DNA of 40,301 nt. Source: Usitatibacteraceae bacterium (GTDB lineage: Bacteria > Pseudomonadota > Gammaproteobacteria > Burkholderiales > Usitatibacteraceae). Shown piece by piece: positions 1-8,614 of the stretch. The stretch covers positions 1-40,301 of the forward strand of contig JBGAOO010000001.1 in NCBI GenBank assembly GCA_044221765.1, read 5' to 3'. The notes beneath the pieces are model-generated. The model made no database searches and was not told where the DNA came from. It saw only the letters and a list, made by a program, of their open reading frames with translations. A program made the translations under genes and the position numbers. Position 1 is the first letter of the stretch. The number at the start of each line of letters is the position of its first letter.

Positions 1-252
1 GAAGAACTTGGTGGAGACGACGTACCGCAGGCGCGGCCAGGCGAGCTTCTTCAGCACCTCGCCCATGATGCGTTCGCTCTCGCCGGCGGCGTACACCTCC
101 GCGTTGTCGAAGAAGTTCACGCCCGCGTCGTACGCGGCGGCCATGCACTCGGTGGCGAGCCGCGTGTCGACCTGGTTGCCGTAGGTCACCCAGGAGCCGA
201 AGGAGAGCTCGCTCACCTTGAGGCCGGCACGGCCGAGGCGTCGGTAGTTCAT
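1..252 (-). CDS. aldo/keto reductase family oxidoreductase; only the N-terminal 84 codons lie in the window and the gene runs off the window start
   Basis: Reverse-strand ATG at 252-250 reads [70 protein letters not shown], a typical AKR (Kv-beta/Tas-like) N-terminus. It is absent from the ORF track because the window edge truncates it. Confidence 0.8.
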   Translation of the reverse strand, partial: MNYRRLGRAGLKVSELSFGSWVTYGNQVDTRLATECMAAAYDAGVNFFDNAEVYAAGESERIMGEVLKKLAWPRLRYVVSTKFF

Positions 253-491
253 GGTGTCTTTCGCCGGGAGGGGAATCGGGCGCCCATTATCCCGGATTCG
301 GGCGCGCCCCTCGCGACGGGTGCGGCGGCACGCCGTCGCCAGGGGCCGAAAGGGACGCATCCGTGCGTGAATCCGTTGACGCGCGGGCATCCGGGGATTA
401 GTCTGTTTGCAAGGTCTCCGGTCGCAACGAATTAACGGATTACCGATGTAACACAAGCAGGCAAAACCATAACACTCGCGGTGCACACGCC

Positions 492-707
492 ATGAAAAAA
501 CTCGCTGCCCTCGCCGGCCTCTTCCTCGCGCTCCTGCTGCCTTGCGCGCCCGCCTTCGCCCTGGGCGACATCTGGCCGCCGCAGGACCCCAACCGCCCCC
601 GGCGCGTGGCCGCGCCCGAGATCGACGCCACCTCCGGCACGAAGGCCCTGGCGGTCCTCGTCGGCGGCCTGCTGCTCGCCGGTGAAGCGCTGCGCCGCCG
701 CCGCTAG
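492..707 (+). CDS. small secreted protein with a VPEID-CTERM-type exosortase sorting signal (the motif here is APEID)
   Basis: 71 aa. Signal peptide [23 protein letters not shown]. The C-terminus has the tripartite sorting-signal layout: VAAPEID, a short spacer, a hydrophobic helix [12 protein letters not shown], then RRRR. It lies immediately upstream of an exosortase/CPBP fusion. Confidence 0.7.
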   Translation: MKKLAALAGLFLALLLPCAPAFALGDIWPPQDPNRPRRVAAPEIDATSGTKALAVLVGGLLLAGEALRRRR

Positions 708-817
708 AGTCCGGCTGCCGGCTTTCCGCTCCCGCTTCAAGACGCGCGGCGTTCCCGGTTCCGGGGGCGCCGCGTTGACTTCAGGGCCCGTTCGAGCAAC
801 GGGCAGGCAACGCTTCC

Positions 818-2410
818 TTGGCTGACATCCACGCCTCACCCCTCACGCCCTGGCGCTTCGCGGCCTTCGGCGCGCTGCTGGCCGCCGAGATCGTCCTGCT
901 CACGCTCAGCTTCGAGCCCTCGAGACTGGGGAACCTGCCCGCCTGGTCGGCCTCGCTCCTCGCCCACTCCTCGACGTTCCTGCGCATCGCCATCGCCATG
1001 GCGGCGACCCTGCTGCTGGTCCTCAGCCCGCGGTACGCGGACGTGATCGGGCATTTCGACGGCCACGCGCAGCCCAACCGGGTGGCCTGGGTGCTGGTGC
1101 AGGTGGCCGCCTTCTCGGCCCTGTTCCAGCAGACCGACCACCTCTTCCGGGGCGGCGGAAGCGGCGCCTGGTCCGTGGCGGGCTGGTTGCTGCTCTGCCT
1201 TGCCGTCCTGGGCGCCTGGGCCCTCGCGCTGGCACCCTGGCGCGCGTGGTGGCAGTTCCTGGCGCGCGAGCGCCCGGCCCTGCTCGCGAGCCTCGCCGCG
1301 GGCCTGGCGGCCTGGCTCTTCGGCCTGGCCACGCAGGTGTTCTGGCGCCCGATGGCGCAGTGGACGCTCTACCTCGCGCACGGGATCCTGCGCGAGGCCT
1401 ACCCGGAGGTGGCCTACGACCCCGTGGCGGGCACCGTGGGCACCTCGCGCCTGGTGCTGGAGATCGCGCCCCAATGTTCCGGATACGAAGGCATGGCGCT
1501 GGTGAGCGTCTTCGTCGCCGTCTATCTCTGGCTGTTCCGCTCGCGGCTCGCGTTCCCGCGCGCCCTGTGGCTGCTGCCCGTGGGCCTCGCGGCGATGTGG
1601 GCCGCCAACGTGCTGCGCATCGCGGCCCTGGTCGCGGTGGGCACCTCGATCTCGCCGGACATCGCGGTGGGCGGCTTCCACTCGCAGGCGGGGTGGATCG
1701 CCTTCACGCTGATCGCGCTCGGCCTCATCGCCGCCTCGCACCGGCTGGGCCTCGTGATGAAGCCCGGCGGCGAGCCGGCGGCCAATCCGGCCGCGCCCTA
1801 CCTCGTGCCGCTCATCGCCCTGCTCGCGACGTCGATGGTCACCGCCGCCTTCACGGACGGCTTCGACGCGCTCTACCCCGCGGGCGTGCTCGTCACCGCG
1901 CTCGCCCTGTTCCGCTACCGCGCCGCGCTGTGGCCCGTGCGGCTCGACCGCCCCGTCGTCGCCGTCGCCATCGGGATCGCCGTGTTCGCGCTCTGGATGG
2001 CGCTGCAGGAACAGGCGGTCGGCGTCTCGGGCGCCGCCGCCCCGCCCTGGGCCGGCCTGCCCCCCACGCTCGCCGCGGCCTGGATCGCCTTTCGCGTGGC
2101 CGGCTCCGTGCTCACCGTGCCGATCGCGGAGGAGCTCGCCTTCCGCGGCTACCTGATGCGAAAGCTCGCGGGCGGCGAGTTCGACCCGGCCGCGCCGCTG
2201 CGCTTCACGGCGCTCTCCTTCGTCGCCTCCTCCGTGCTCTTCGGCCTGCTGCACCACGGCTGGATCGCCGGCACGCTGGCGGGCGCGGCCTTCGCGCTGG
2301 CCGCCCTGCACCGCGGCCGCCTGTCCGACGCCGTCGTCGCGCACATGACCGCCAACGCGCTCATCGCCGCGAGCGTCCTCGGCTTCGGGCGCTGGGACCT
2401 CTGGCTCTGA
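818..2410 (+). CDS. xrtE: exosortase E / CPBP (CAAX-type) intramembrane protease fusion, VPEID-CTERM system
   Basis: Polytopic membrane protein. Exosortase signatures: LEIAPQCSGYEG (Cys), NVLRIAAL (Arg) and FHSQAGWIAF (His). C-terminal CPBP motifs: EELAFRGYL, FGLLHH and AHMTANA. The TTG start at 818 is the only start before the first TM helix, so the start is uncertain. Confidence 0.8.
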   Translation: MADIHASPLTPWRFAAFGALLAAEIVLLTLSFEPSRLGNLPAWSASLLAHSSTFLRIAIAMAATLLLVLSPRYADVIGHFDGHAQPNRVAWVLVQVAAFSALFQQTDHLFRGGGSGAWSVAGWLLLCLAVLGAWALALAPWRAWWQFLARERPALLASLAAGLAAWLFGLATQVFWRPMAQWTLYLAHGILREAYPEVAYDPVAGTVGTSRLVLEIAPQCSGYEGMALVSVFVAVYLWLFRSRLAFPRALWLLPVGLAAMWAANVLRIAALVAVGTSISPDIAVGGFHSQAGWIAFTLIALGLIAASHRLGLVMKPGGEPAANPAAPYLVPLIALLATSMVTAAFTDGFDALYPAGVLVTALALFRYRAALWPVRLDRPVVAVAIGIAVFALWMALQEQAVGVSGAAAPPWAGLPPTLAAAWIAFRVAGSVLTVPIAEELAFRGYLMRKLAGGEFDPAAPLRFTALSFVASSVLFGLLHHGWIAGTLAGAAFALAALHRGRLSDAVVAHMTANALIAASVLGFGRWDLWL

Positions 2411-2486
2411 AGGGGGCAGCGGGTCACAAAGCGTAACGGCCTTCCGTCGGCCGCCAGAATCGGGGCACCCCACGCAGGAGAGCCCC

Positions 2487-3023
2487 ATGCGCCGCCTGAT
2501 CGCCGCCGCCTGCTCCGCCCTCGCCTTCGCCGCCTTCGCGCAGTATCCGTCCCCCACGCCGTCGCCGTCGCCTTCACCGGCACCGGCACCGGCGGCCTCC
2601 GCCCCCGCGCCCCGGGCCACCCTCGCCGATGTCGCGTGGCTGCAGGGCTACTGGGTCGGCGAGGGCCTGGGCGGCATCCTCGAGGACGTGTGGATGCCCC
2701 CCAAGGCCGGCGTGATGCTGGGCGCCTTCCGCCTGGAGAAGAAGGACGGCACGCGCGGCTTCTACGAGCTCTTCGCGATCGAGGAGGTGGAAGGCACGCT
2801 CGAGTTCGTCGTGAAGCACTTCCATCCCGACTGGGTCGGCTGGGAGGAGAAGGACAAGGCCTTCCGCGTGCGCCTGTCGAAGGTGTCCGCCGGCGAGGCC
2901 GTGTTCGGCCGCATCGAGTTCGAGCGCAAGGCCGCGGACGCGCTCGAGGTGCGCCTCGCCATCCGCAGCAGGGACGGCACGGTGCGGCACGAGGTCCTCT
3001 CCTTCCGGCGCAGGGCGCTCTAG
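2487..3023 (+). CDS. secreted DUF6265-like (lipocalin-like) protein with a Pro/Ser/Ala-rich linker
   Basis: Signal peptide MRRLIAAACSALAFAAFA, a PSPTPSPSPSPAPAPAA linker, then WLQGYWVGEGLGG..EDVWMPPKAGVMLGAFR..FYELFAIEE..GTLEFVVKHFHPDWVGWEEKDK. I recall this pattern from DUF6265 proteins. The family assignment is from memory. Confidence 0.6.
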   Translation: MRRLIAAACSALAFAAFAQYPSPTPSPSPSPAPAPAASAPAPRATLADVAWLQGYWVGEGLGGILEDVWMPPKAGVMLGAFRLEKKDGTRGFYELFAIEEVEGTLEFVVKHFHPDWVGWEEKDKAFRVRLSKVSAGEAVFGRIEFERKAADALEVRLAIRSRDGTVRHEVLSFRRRAL

Positions 3024-3063
3024 CGCGGGAAGGCGGGCCGGGAGCGCGTATTAGAATGCGCTG

Positions 3064-4242
3064 ATGGACCACGCCCGCCGCAACGTCTTCCTGCTCGCCT
3101 GCTGCCAGGCGCTCCTCTTCACCAACAACGTCACGCTGATCGCGCTGAACGGGCTGGCGGGATTCGCGCTGGCCGACAACAAGGCCCTGGCGACGCTGCC
3201 GGTGACGGGCTACGTGGTGGGCGCGGCGATGTCCACCTACTTCGCCTCCCTGTGGATGAAGCGCGTGGGCCGGCGCGCGGGCTTCTACACGGGCACGGTC
3301 TTCGGCCTGGCGGGCGGGTCCCTCGCGACGCTGGGCATCTACCTGTCGAGCTTCTGGACGCTGGTCGCCGGCACGCTCGTGCTGGGCACCTACAACGCGT
3401 TCGGACAGTACTACCGGTTCGCCGCGGCCGACGCGGCCCCCGTCGCCTGGCGGGCGAAGGCGATCTCCCTCGTGATGGCCGGCGGGCTCGTGGGCGGCAT
3501 CGTCGGCCCGGAGATGAGCAAGTGGACGCGCGACCTGGCGCAGCCGACCTTCCTCGCCTCCTACGCCTCGCTCATCGGCCTGTGCCTCGCCACGATGGCG
3601 ATCCTCGCCGGCCTGCGCATCCCCGACCCCAAGGGCGAGGAGGTGCACGGCGAAACGCGCCCGCTGCCGGAGATCATGGCCCAGCCGGCGTTCATCGTCG
3701 CGGTCGTGGTGGGCGCCATCGGCTACGGCGTGATGAACCTGCTCATGACCTCCACGCCGCTCGCGATGGGCTTCTGCGGGCACCCGTACGCCGCGGCCGC
3801 GAGCGTGATCAGCGCGCACGTGATCGCGATGTTCGGCCCCTCCTTCTTCACCGGCTCGCTCATCCAGCGCTTCGGCGTCGTGAACGTGATGCTCGCGGGC
3901 GTGGCGCTCATGTTCGCGTGCGTGGGGATCGCGCTCTCGGGCCAGCAGGTGACGCAGTTCTGGCTCTCGCTGGTGCTGCTGGGCCTGGGCTGGAACTTCA
4001 TGTTCGTGGGCGGCACGACGCTCCTCACCGAGTCCTACCGTCCCGCCGAGAAGGCCAAGGCGCAGGGGGCGAACGAGATCCTGGTCTTCTGCACCACGGC
4101 CACCTCGTCCTTCGCCTCCGGCGTGCTCGTGAACACCGCCGGCTGGAACACCCTCAACTACGTGGCGCTGCCCTTCCTCGCGATCGCCGGTCTCGCCGCG
4201 CTCTGGCTCGCGCATCGCAGGCGAGCGGCCGTGCCCGCCTGA
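3064..4242 (+). CDS. MFS transporter
   Basis: 392 aa with about 12 hydrophobic segments. MFS-like loop motif MKRVGRRAG after TM2. Codon usage (high GC3) matches the host. Confidence 0.85.
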   Translation: MDHARRNVFLLACCQALLFTNNVTLIALNGLAGFALADNKALATLPVTGYVVGAAMSTYFASLWMKRVGRRAGFYTGTVFGLAGGSLATLGIYLSSFWTLVAGTLVLGTYNAFGQYYRFAAADAAPVAWRAKAISLVMAGGLVGGIVGPEMSKWTRDLAQPTFLASYASLIGLCLATMAILAGLRIPDPKGEEVHGETRPLPEIMAQPAFIVAVVVGAIGYGVMNLLMTSTPLAMGFCGHPYAAAASVISAHVIAMFGPSFFTGSLIQRFGVVNVMLAGVALMFACVGIALSGQQVTQFWLSLVLLGLGWNFMFVGGTTLLTESYRPAEKAKAQGANEILVFCTTATSSFASGVLVNTAGWNTLNYVALPFLAIAGLAALWLAHRRRAAVPA

Positions 4243-4261
4243 ACACCCCACCGGAGCCCCG

Positions 4262-4735
4262 ATGATGAGCGACGAGCACCTTTTCGAGACCACCCTCGCC
4301 TGGCCCGCCGACCCGGCGCAGCCGAAGCCGCCCGAGCCCGCGTTCTCGCGCAACAGCACGATGGGCGCCGCGGGCCACGCGGCCATCGACGGCTCCTCGC
4401 CGGTGCCCCTGGGCGGCGAAGGCGCGCGCTACAACCCCGAGGAACTGATGACGCTGTCGCTCTCCGAGTGCCACATGCTCACCTACCTCGCCCTCGCGGC
4501 GAAGAAGCGCGTGGCGGTGCTCGCCTACGAGGACCGGGCCACCGGCACGCTGGGCAAGGGGCCGTCGGGGAAGATGCAGATGGTGAAGGTGCTGCTGCGG
4601 CCGAAGGTGACGGTGGCGCGCGGCACGGACCTGGCCGACGCGCAGGCGATGCACGAGAAGGCGCATGCGCACTGCTTCATGGCGAACTCGGTGAACTTCC
4701 CGGTCGAGCACGCCCCGGAAGTGGTCGAGGGCTAG
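4262..4735 (+). CDS. OsmC family protein (peroxiredoxin-like)
   Basis: 157 aa. NPEELMTLSLSECHMLTYLALAAKK ... HEKAHAHCFMANSV matches the two-Cys OsmC/Ohr fold pattern. Confidence 0.8.
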   Translation: MMSDEHLFETTLAWPADPAQPKPPEPAFSRNSTMGAAGHAAIDGSSPVPLGGEGARYNPEELMTLSLSECHMLTYLALAAKKRVAVLAYEDRATGTLGKGPSGKMQMVKVLLRPKVTVARGTDLADAQAMHEKAHAHCFMANSVNFPVEHAPEVVEG

Positions 4736-5118
4736 CGGGCCCCGGGCGGCGCCTTCCTTGCGCGAGCCCCCGGCGCGGCCTTGCGCGCGGCCGCCCGCAG
4801 CGCCGCCTCGAAGCCCAGGCGCGCCCACCGGGCCATCTCCGCCGGGCTCTCGAGGGCCTCGTCCGGCGCGCGACGGTACGACATCGAGGTCGCCTTCCCG
4901 CCCTTCGAGACGAACTCGAAGGGCTCGAGCCCCTGCGCCTCGAACGCGGCGCGGTTCCCGTCGTCCACCTTGAGGTAGAGCACGTCCTGCGCGACGAGCG
5001 CCAAGAAGGCGCCGTGGTGGTAGAGGCCCCAGCCGCCGAACATCGCCTTCGCCTCGACGGGCCCGAAGGCGCGCATCGTCTCCAGGACGTGCTCGACGTA
5101 CTCGCTGCGCATCGCCAT
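4732..5118 (-). CDS. TfoX N-terminal domain protein
   Basis: MAMRSEYVEHVLETMRAFGPVEAKAMFGGWGLYHHGAFLALVAQDVLYLKVDD...FEFVSKGGKATSMSYRRAP is the TfoX_N pattern. I trimmed the 253-aa track ORF to the internal ATG at 5118, because the upstream part is Arg/Ala/Gly junk. Confidence 0.75.
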   Translation of the reverse strand: MAMRSEYVEHVLETMRAFGPVEAKAMFGGWGLYHHGAFLALVAQDVLYLKVDDGNRAAFEAQGLEPFEFVSKGGKATSMSYRRAPDEALESPAEMARWARLGFEAALRAAARKAAPGARARKAPPGAR

Positions 5119-5144
5119 CGGCAGGCGGCTCGCGCGCGCCGCGC

Positions 5145-5564
5145 CTACCTGGGCGTGTCCGGTTTCGGCTTGGACTCGCCGTCCGGGTCCGGCTTGCGCG
5201 CCTGGCCGGGTCGCGCGGGGAAGCCCCACGGCGGGTTCCACGGCTCCTCCACCTTCGGCCGCTGCTCGAGCTCCTTGCGGATCTTCTCCTGGCGCTCGCG
5301 CTGCTCCTGGCGGTAGCGCTTGTCGCGCAGGTCGGCTTCCTCGCGCGCCTCGAGCGTGCGCCGGGCGATGGCCTCGTCGGCGATGCGCTCGGCGTCGGGC
5401 TGGCCCGCGTGCGAGGTGTCGACGCGCTTCTGCGCCTTGTCGAAGGCGCAGGGCACTTCCTGGTACGTGACGCGGCCCTTGGCGTCGATGCACTTGAAGA
5501 GCTGCTGCCCGGAGGCGGCCGCCGGCAGCGCGAGGGCGACGAGCAGGGCGAAAGGCTTCAGCAT
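5145..5564 (-). CDS. DUF4124 domain-containing secreted protein
   Basis: MLKPFALLVALALPAAASGQQLFKCIDAKGRVTYQEVPC is the DUF4124 signature after a signal peptide. A charged coiled region and a Pro-rich tail follow. Start trimmed to the ATG at 5564. Confidence 0.7.
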   Translation of the reverse strand: MLKPFALLVALALPAAASGQQLFKCIDAKGRVTYQEVPCAFDKAQKRVDTSHAGQPDAERIADEAIARRTLEAREEADLRDKRYRQEQRERQEKIRKELEQRPKVEEPWNPPWGFPARPGQARKPDPDGESKPKPDTPR

Positions 5565-5724
5565 GGTGGCGATTCCTGTCCGGCGGGCATGCGCCGCGCG
5601 ATTCCTGATGCGGAATCTACGCGCTTTCGGGCGCTCCTTGGTTACGGCTGAAGCGCGCCGGCGGCCCGCAATCCCAGGTCCGAAAACGGCGAGCAGGCCG
5701 GCGGCCCCGGCGGATAATGGCGCC

Positions 5725-7182
5725 ATGCACCTCGACCCCGCCCAGTGCTACCGCGCGCTGCTCACCCACGACGCCCGCTTCGACGGCCGCTTCTTCGTGG
5801 GCGTGGGCACCACGCGCATCTACTGCCGGCCCGTCTGCACGGCGAAGACGCCGCTCGCGCGCAACTGCCGCTATTTCCCGAGCGCGGCGGCGGCGGAGTC
5901 GGAGGGCTACCGGCCCTGCCTGCGCTGCCGGCCCGAGCTCGCCCCGGGCTATGCCGCGGTCGATGCCAACCGGCGCCTGGCGCAGTCGGCGGCCACGCGC
6001 ATCGAGGACGGGCGGCTGGAGGACGCGAGCCTCGCGGACCTCGCCGCGGCGCTCGGCGTCACCGACCGGCACCTGCGCCGCGTGTTCCGGCAGGAATTCG
6101 GCGTGACGCCGGTGGCCTACGCGCAGACGCAGCGCCTGCTGCTCGCCAAGCGCCTGCTCACCGACACGGCGCTCCCCGTCCTCGAGGTCGCGATGGCGAG
6201 CGGCTTCGCGAGCCTGCGCCGCTTCAACGACCTCTTCCGCACGCGCTACCGCCTCACGCCGGGCGGGCTGCGCAAGCGCGCCGCCGCGCCCACCCAGGCC
6301 GACCGGCTCTCGTTCGACCTGGGCTATCGACCGCCCTACGACTGGCCCGCGCTGCTCGCCTTCCTCGGCACGCGCGCCGTCGCGGGCGTCGAGGCCTCCG
6401 ACGCGAGGCGCTACCGCCGCACCGTGCGCCTGGAACGCGGCGGCCGCACGCACGCGGGCTGGATCGAGATCGCGCCCTCGCCGCGGCGCTCGGCCCTGCG
6501 CCTCACGGCCAGCGCCTCGCTCGCCGGCGCCCTGCCCCTGCTGATCGCGCGCGTGAAGCAGCTGCTCGACCTGGCGTGCCACCCGGAGGAGATCGCCGCG
6601 GCGCTCGGCCCGCTCGCGAGGACGCATCCCGGCCTTCGCCTGCCGGGCGCGATGGACGGCTTCGAGATCGCCGTGCGCGCGATCCTGGGCCAGCAGGTCA
6701 CGGTGAAGGCCGCGACGACGATCGCCGGCCGGTTCGCGCGCGCCTTCGGGGAGACGATCGAGACCCCGCAGGCCGGGCTCGACTGCCTGTTCCCGACGGC
6801 GGAGGCCATCGCCGCGAAGGCCCCGACCGACATCGCGGCGCTCGGCATCATCGCGAGCCGCGCCCGTGCCATCCACGCGCTGGCCCGGGCGCTCGCGGCG
6901 GGCACCGTGCAACTCGATCCCGCGGCGCCGGTCGAACCGACGCTCGCCGCGCTGCAGGCCCTGCCCGGCATCGACCCGTGGACCGCGCACTACATCGCCA
7001 TGCGCGCGCTCGCCTGGCCCGATGCCTTCCCGCATCCGGACGTCGCGGTGCTCAAGGCGATGGGCGAGGCGGACGGCAAGCGCGCGCTCGCGCGCGCCGA
7101 GGCCTGGCGCCCCTGGCGTTCCTACGCCGTGCTGCACCTGTGGAAGTCCCTCGAAGCGCCCCCGAAGGAGAAGACACGATGA
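5725..7182 (+). CDS. bifunctional Ada-type methylphosphotriester methyltransferase/AraC regulator fused to DNA-3-methyladenine glycosylase II (AdaA-AlkA)
   Basis: N-terminal Zn-Cys4 Ada motif (YCRPVCTAKTP...YRPCLRCRPE), an AraC HTH (LADLAAALGVTDRHLRRVFRQEFGVTP...ASGFASLRRFNDLF), then AlkA_N and HhH-GPD (ILGQQVTVKAATTIAGRF...LPGIDPWTAHYIAMRAL). Start ATG at 5725; the track ORF begins too far upstream. Confidence 0.85.
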   Translation: MHLDPAQCYRALLTHDARFDGRFFVGVGTTRIYCRPVCTAKTPLARNCRYFPSAAAAESEGYRPCLRCRPELAPGYAAVDANRRLAQSAATRIEDGRLEDASLADLAAALGVTDRHLRRVFRQEFGVTPVAYAQTQRLLLAKRLLTDTALPVLEVAMASGFASLRRFNDLFRTRYRLTPGGLRKRAAAPTQADRLSFDLGYRPPYDWPALLAFLGTRAVAGVEASDARRYRRTVRLERGGRTHAGWIEIAPSPRRSALRLTASASLAGALPLLIARVKQLLDLACHPEEIAAALGPLARTHPGLRLPGAMDGFEIAVRAILGQQVTVKAATTIAGRFARAFGETIETPQAGLDCLFPTAEAIAAKAPTDIAALGIIASRARAIHALARALAAGTVQLDPAAPVEPTLAALQALPGIDPWTAHYIAMRALAWPDAFPHPDVAVLKAMGEADGKRALARAEAWRPWRSYAVLHLWKSLEAPPKEKTR

Positions 7183-7721
7183 TCCGCTACGCCCGCCTCG
7201 CCACGCCCCTGGGACCGATGATCGCGCTCGAGGAGGAGGGCCGGCTGCGCGGCCTGGACTTCACCGACGCCAAGTACGCCGTGCGGATCGAGGCTTCGTG
7301 GATCGAGGCTCCGCGAACCGACGTGCTGCGGGCGTGCGCCGCACAGCTGGCCGAGTACTTCGCCGGCGAGCGCGGCCGTTTCGACCTGCCGCTCGCCCCG
7401 CGCGGGACCGCCTTCCAGCAGGCCGTGTGGCGCGAGATCTCGCGCGTGCCCTACGGCGAGACGATCGCCTATGGCGAGCTCGCGGCGCGGGCGGGCGCCC
7501 CCGGCTCCGCGCGCGCGGCGGGAGCCGCCACCGGCCGCAATCCCCTCGCGATCGTCATCCCGTGCCATCGCATCGTCGCGGGCGATGGCGCGCTCACCGG
7601 CTACGCGGGCGGGCTCGGGCGCAAGGTGAAGCTGCTCGCGCTGGAGAAGGGTCCCGTCGAGGCGGCGTTCCGGCCCGCCGCACCGGCCCGCGGCGCCGCG
7701 AGCGCGGATATCGCCGCTTGA
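7179..7721 (+). CDS. ogt: methylated-DNA--protein-cysteine methyltransferase
   Basis: Active-site motif IVIPCHRIV, plus FQQAVWREISRVPYGETIAYGELA. The ATG overlaps the alkA-fusion stop as ATGA (7179-7182), which suggests translational coupling. Confidence 0.9.
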   Translation: MIRYARLATPLGPMIALEEEGRLRGLDFTDAKYAVRIEASWIEAPRTDVLRACAAQLAEYFAGERGRFDLPLAPRGTAFQQAVWREISRVPYGETIAYGELAARAGAPGSARAAGAATGRNPLAIVIPCHRIVAGDGALTGYAGGLGRKVKLLALEKGPVEAAFRPAAPARGAASADIAA

Positions 7722-8614
7722 GGGCGGCCGATCTCGTCCGCCTCGTCGCGCTCGCGGCGATCTGGGGCGGCTCGTATCTCTTCATGCGCATCGCCGTGCC
7801 CCACGTGGGCGCGGCCTGGCTCGTCGAAGGGCGCACGCTCGCCGGCGGCCTCGTGATGGCCGCCTTCCTCGTCGCCACGCAGCGCGGCTCGGGCCTGGCG
7901 AGGCACTGGCGCGGCTACCTCGTGATGGGCGTGGTGGGCGTCGCGGCGCCCTTCTGGCTGATCGGCACCGCGGTGAAGACCATCGACGCCTCGACGGCCG
8001 CGATCCTGAACGCCACCTCGCCCATCTTCTCGGCGATCGTCGCCGCGATCTGGATCCGCGAGCGCCTCACGGCGGAGAAGGTCGCGGGCATCGCGCTCTC
8101 GATCGCGGGCATCGCGGTGCTCGTGGGCTGGACGCCCAGGCCGATGACGCACGCGGAGCTGCTCGCATGCGCGATGTCGCTCACGGCCTGCGCCTGCTAC
8201 GGATTCATCGCGGTGTTCACGAAGGTGCACATGAAGGACGCGCCCTCGGCGGCCCTCTCGGCGGCCAGCTGCCTCGTGGCGGCCCTCGCGATGGCGCCCT
8301 TCACGCCGTGGGAGGTGCTCGCCTCTCCCGTGCCCGCGGGCGCCTGGCTCGCCGTGCTAGCGCTCGGCGTGGTGTGCACCGGCTACGCGTTCATCCTCTA
8401 CTATCGCCTCATCCGCGAGCTCGGGCCCGTGAAGGCGCTCACGGTGACGCTGCTCGTGCCCGTGTTCGGCATCCTCTGGGGCGTGCTCTTCCTGGGCGAT
8501 CCCCTCACGCCGGGGCGGGTGGCGGGGTGCGCGATCGTGCTGGCGGGGTGTGCTCTCGCGCTGGGGCTGATGCGATTGCCGGGGCGGCGGGGAGTGACGC
8601 TGCCCAAGAGCTAG
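7718..8614 (+). CDS. DMT superfamily (EamA-like) transporter
   Basis: 10-TM pattern with two EamA halves. N-terminus (TTG)RAADLVRLVALAAIWGGSYLFMRI. The TTG start at 7718 overlaps the ogt stop. The last ~7 codons and the TAG stop lie inside the left arm of repeat element E1. Confidence 0.8.
   Translation: MRAADLVRLVALAAIWGGSYLFMRIAVPHVGAAWLVEGRTLAGGLVMAAFLVATQRGSGLARHWRGYLVMGVVGVAAPFWLIGTAVKTIDASTAAILNATSPIFSAIVAAIWIRERLTAEKVAGIALSIAGIAVLVGWTPRPMTHAELLACAMSLTACACYGFIAVFTKVHMKDAPSAALSAASCLVAALAMAPFTPWEVLASPVPAGAWLAVLALGVVCTGYAFILYYRLIRELGPVKALTVTLLVPVFGILWGVLFLGDPLTPGRVAGCAIVLAGCALALGLMRLPGRRGVTLPKS

Noticed and set aside
340-385. CCGAAAGGGACGCATCCGTGCGTGAATCCGTTGAC as a possible degenerate fifth copy of the repeat arm.
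   Set aside because: It shares only ATCCGT-like words and a CGAAAGGGAC motif, in an orientation inconsistent with the arm consensus. There is no partner arm, so the similarity is too weak to call without genome-wide statistics.
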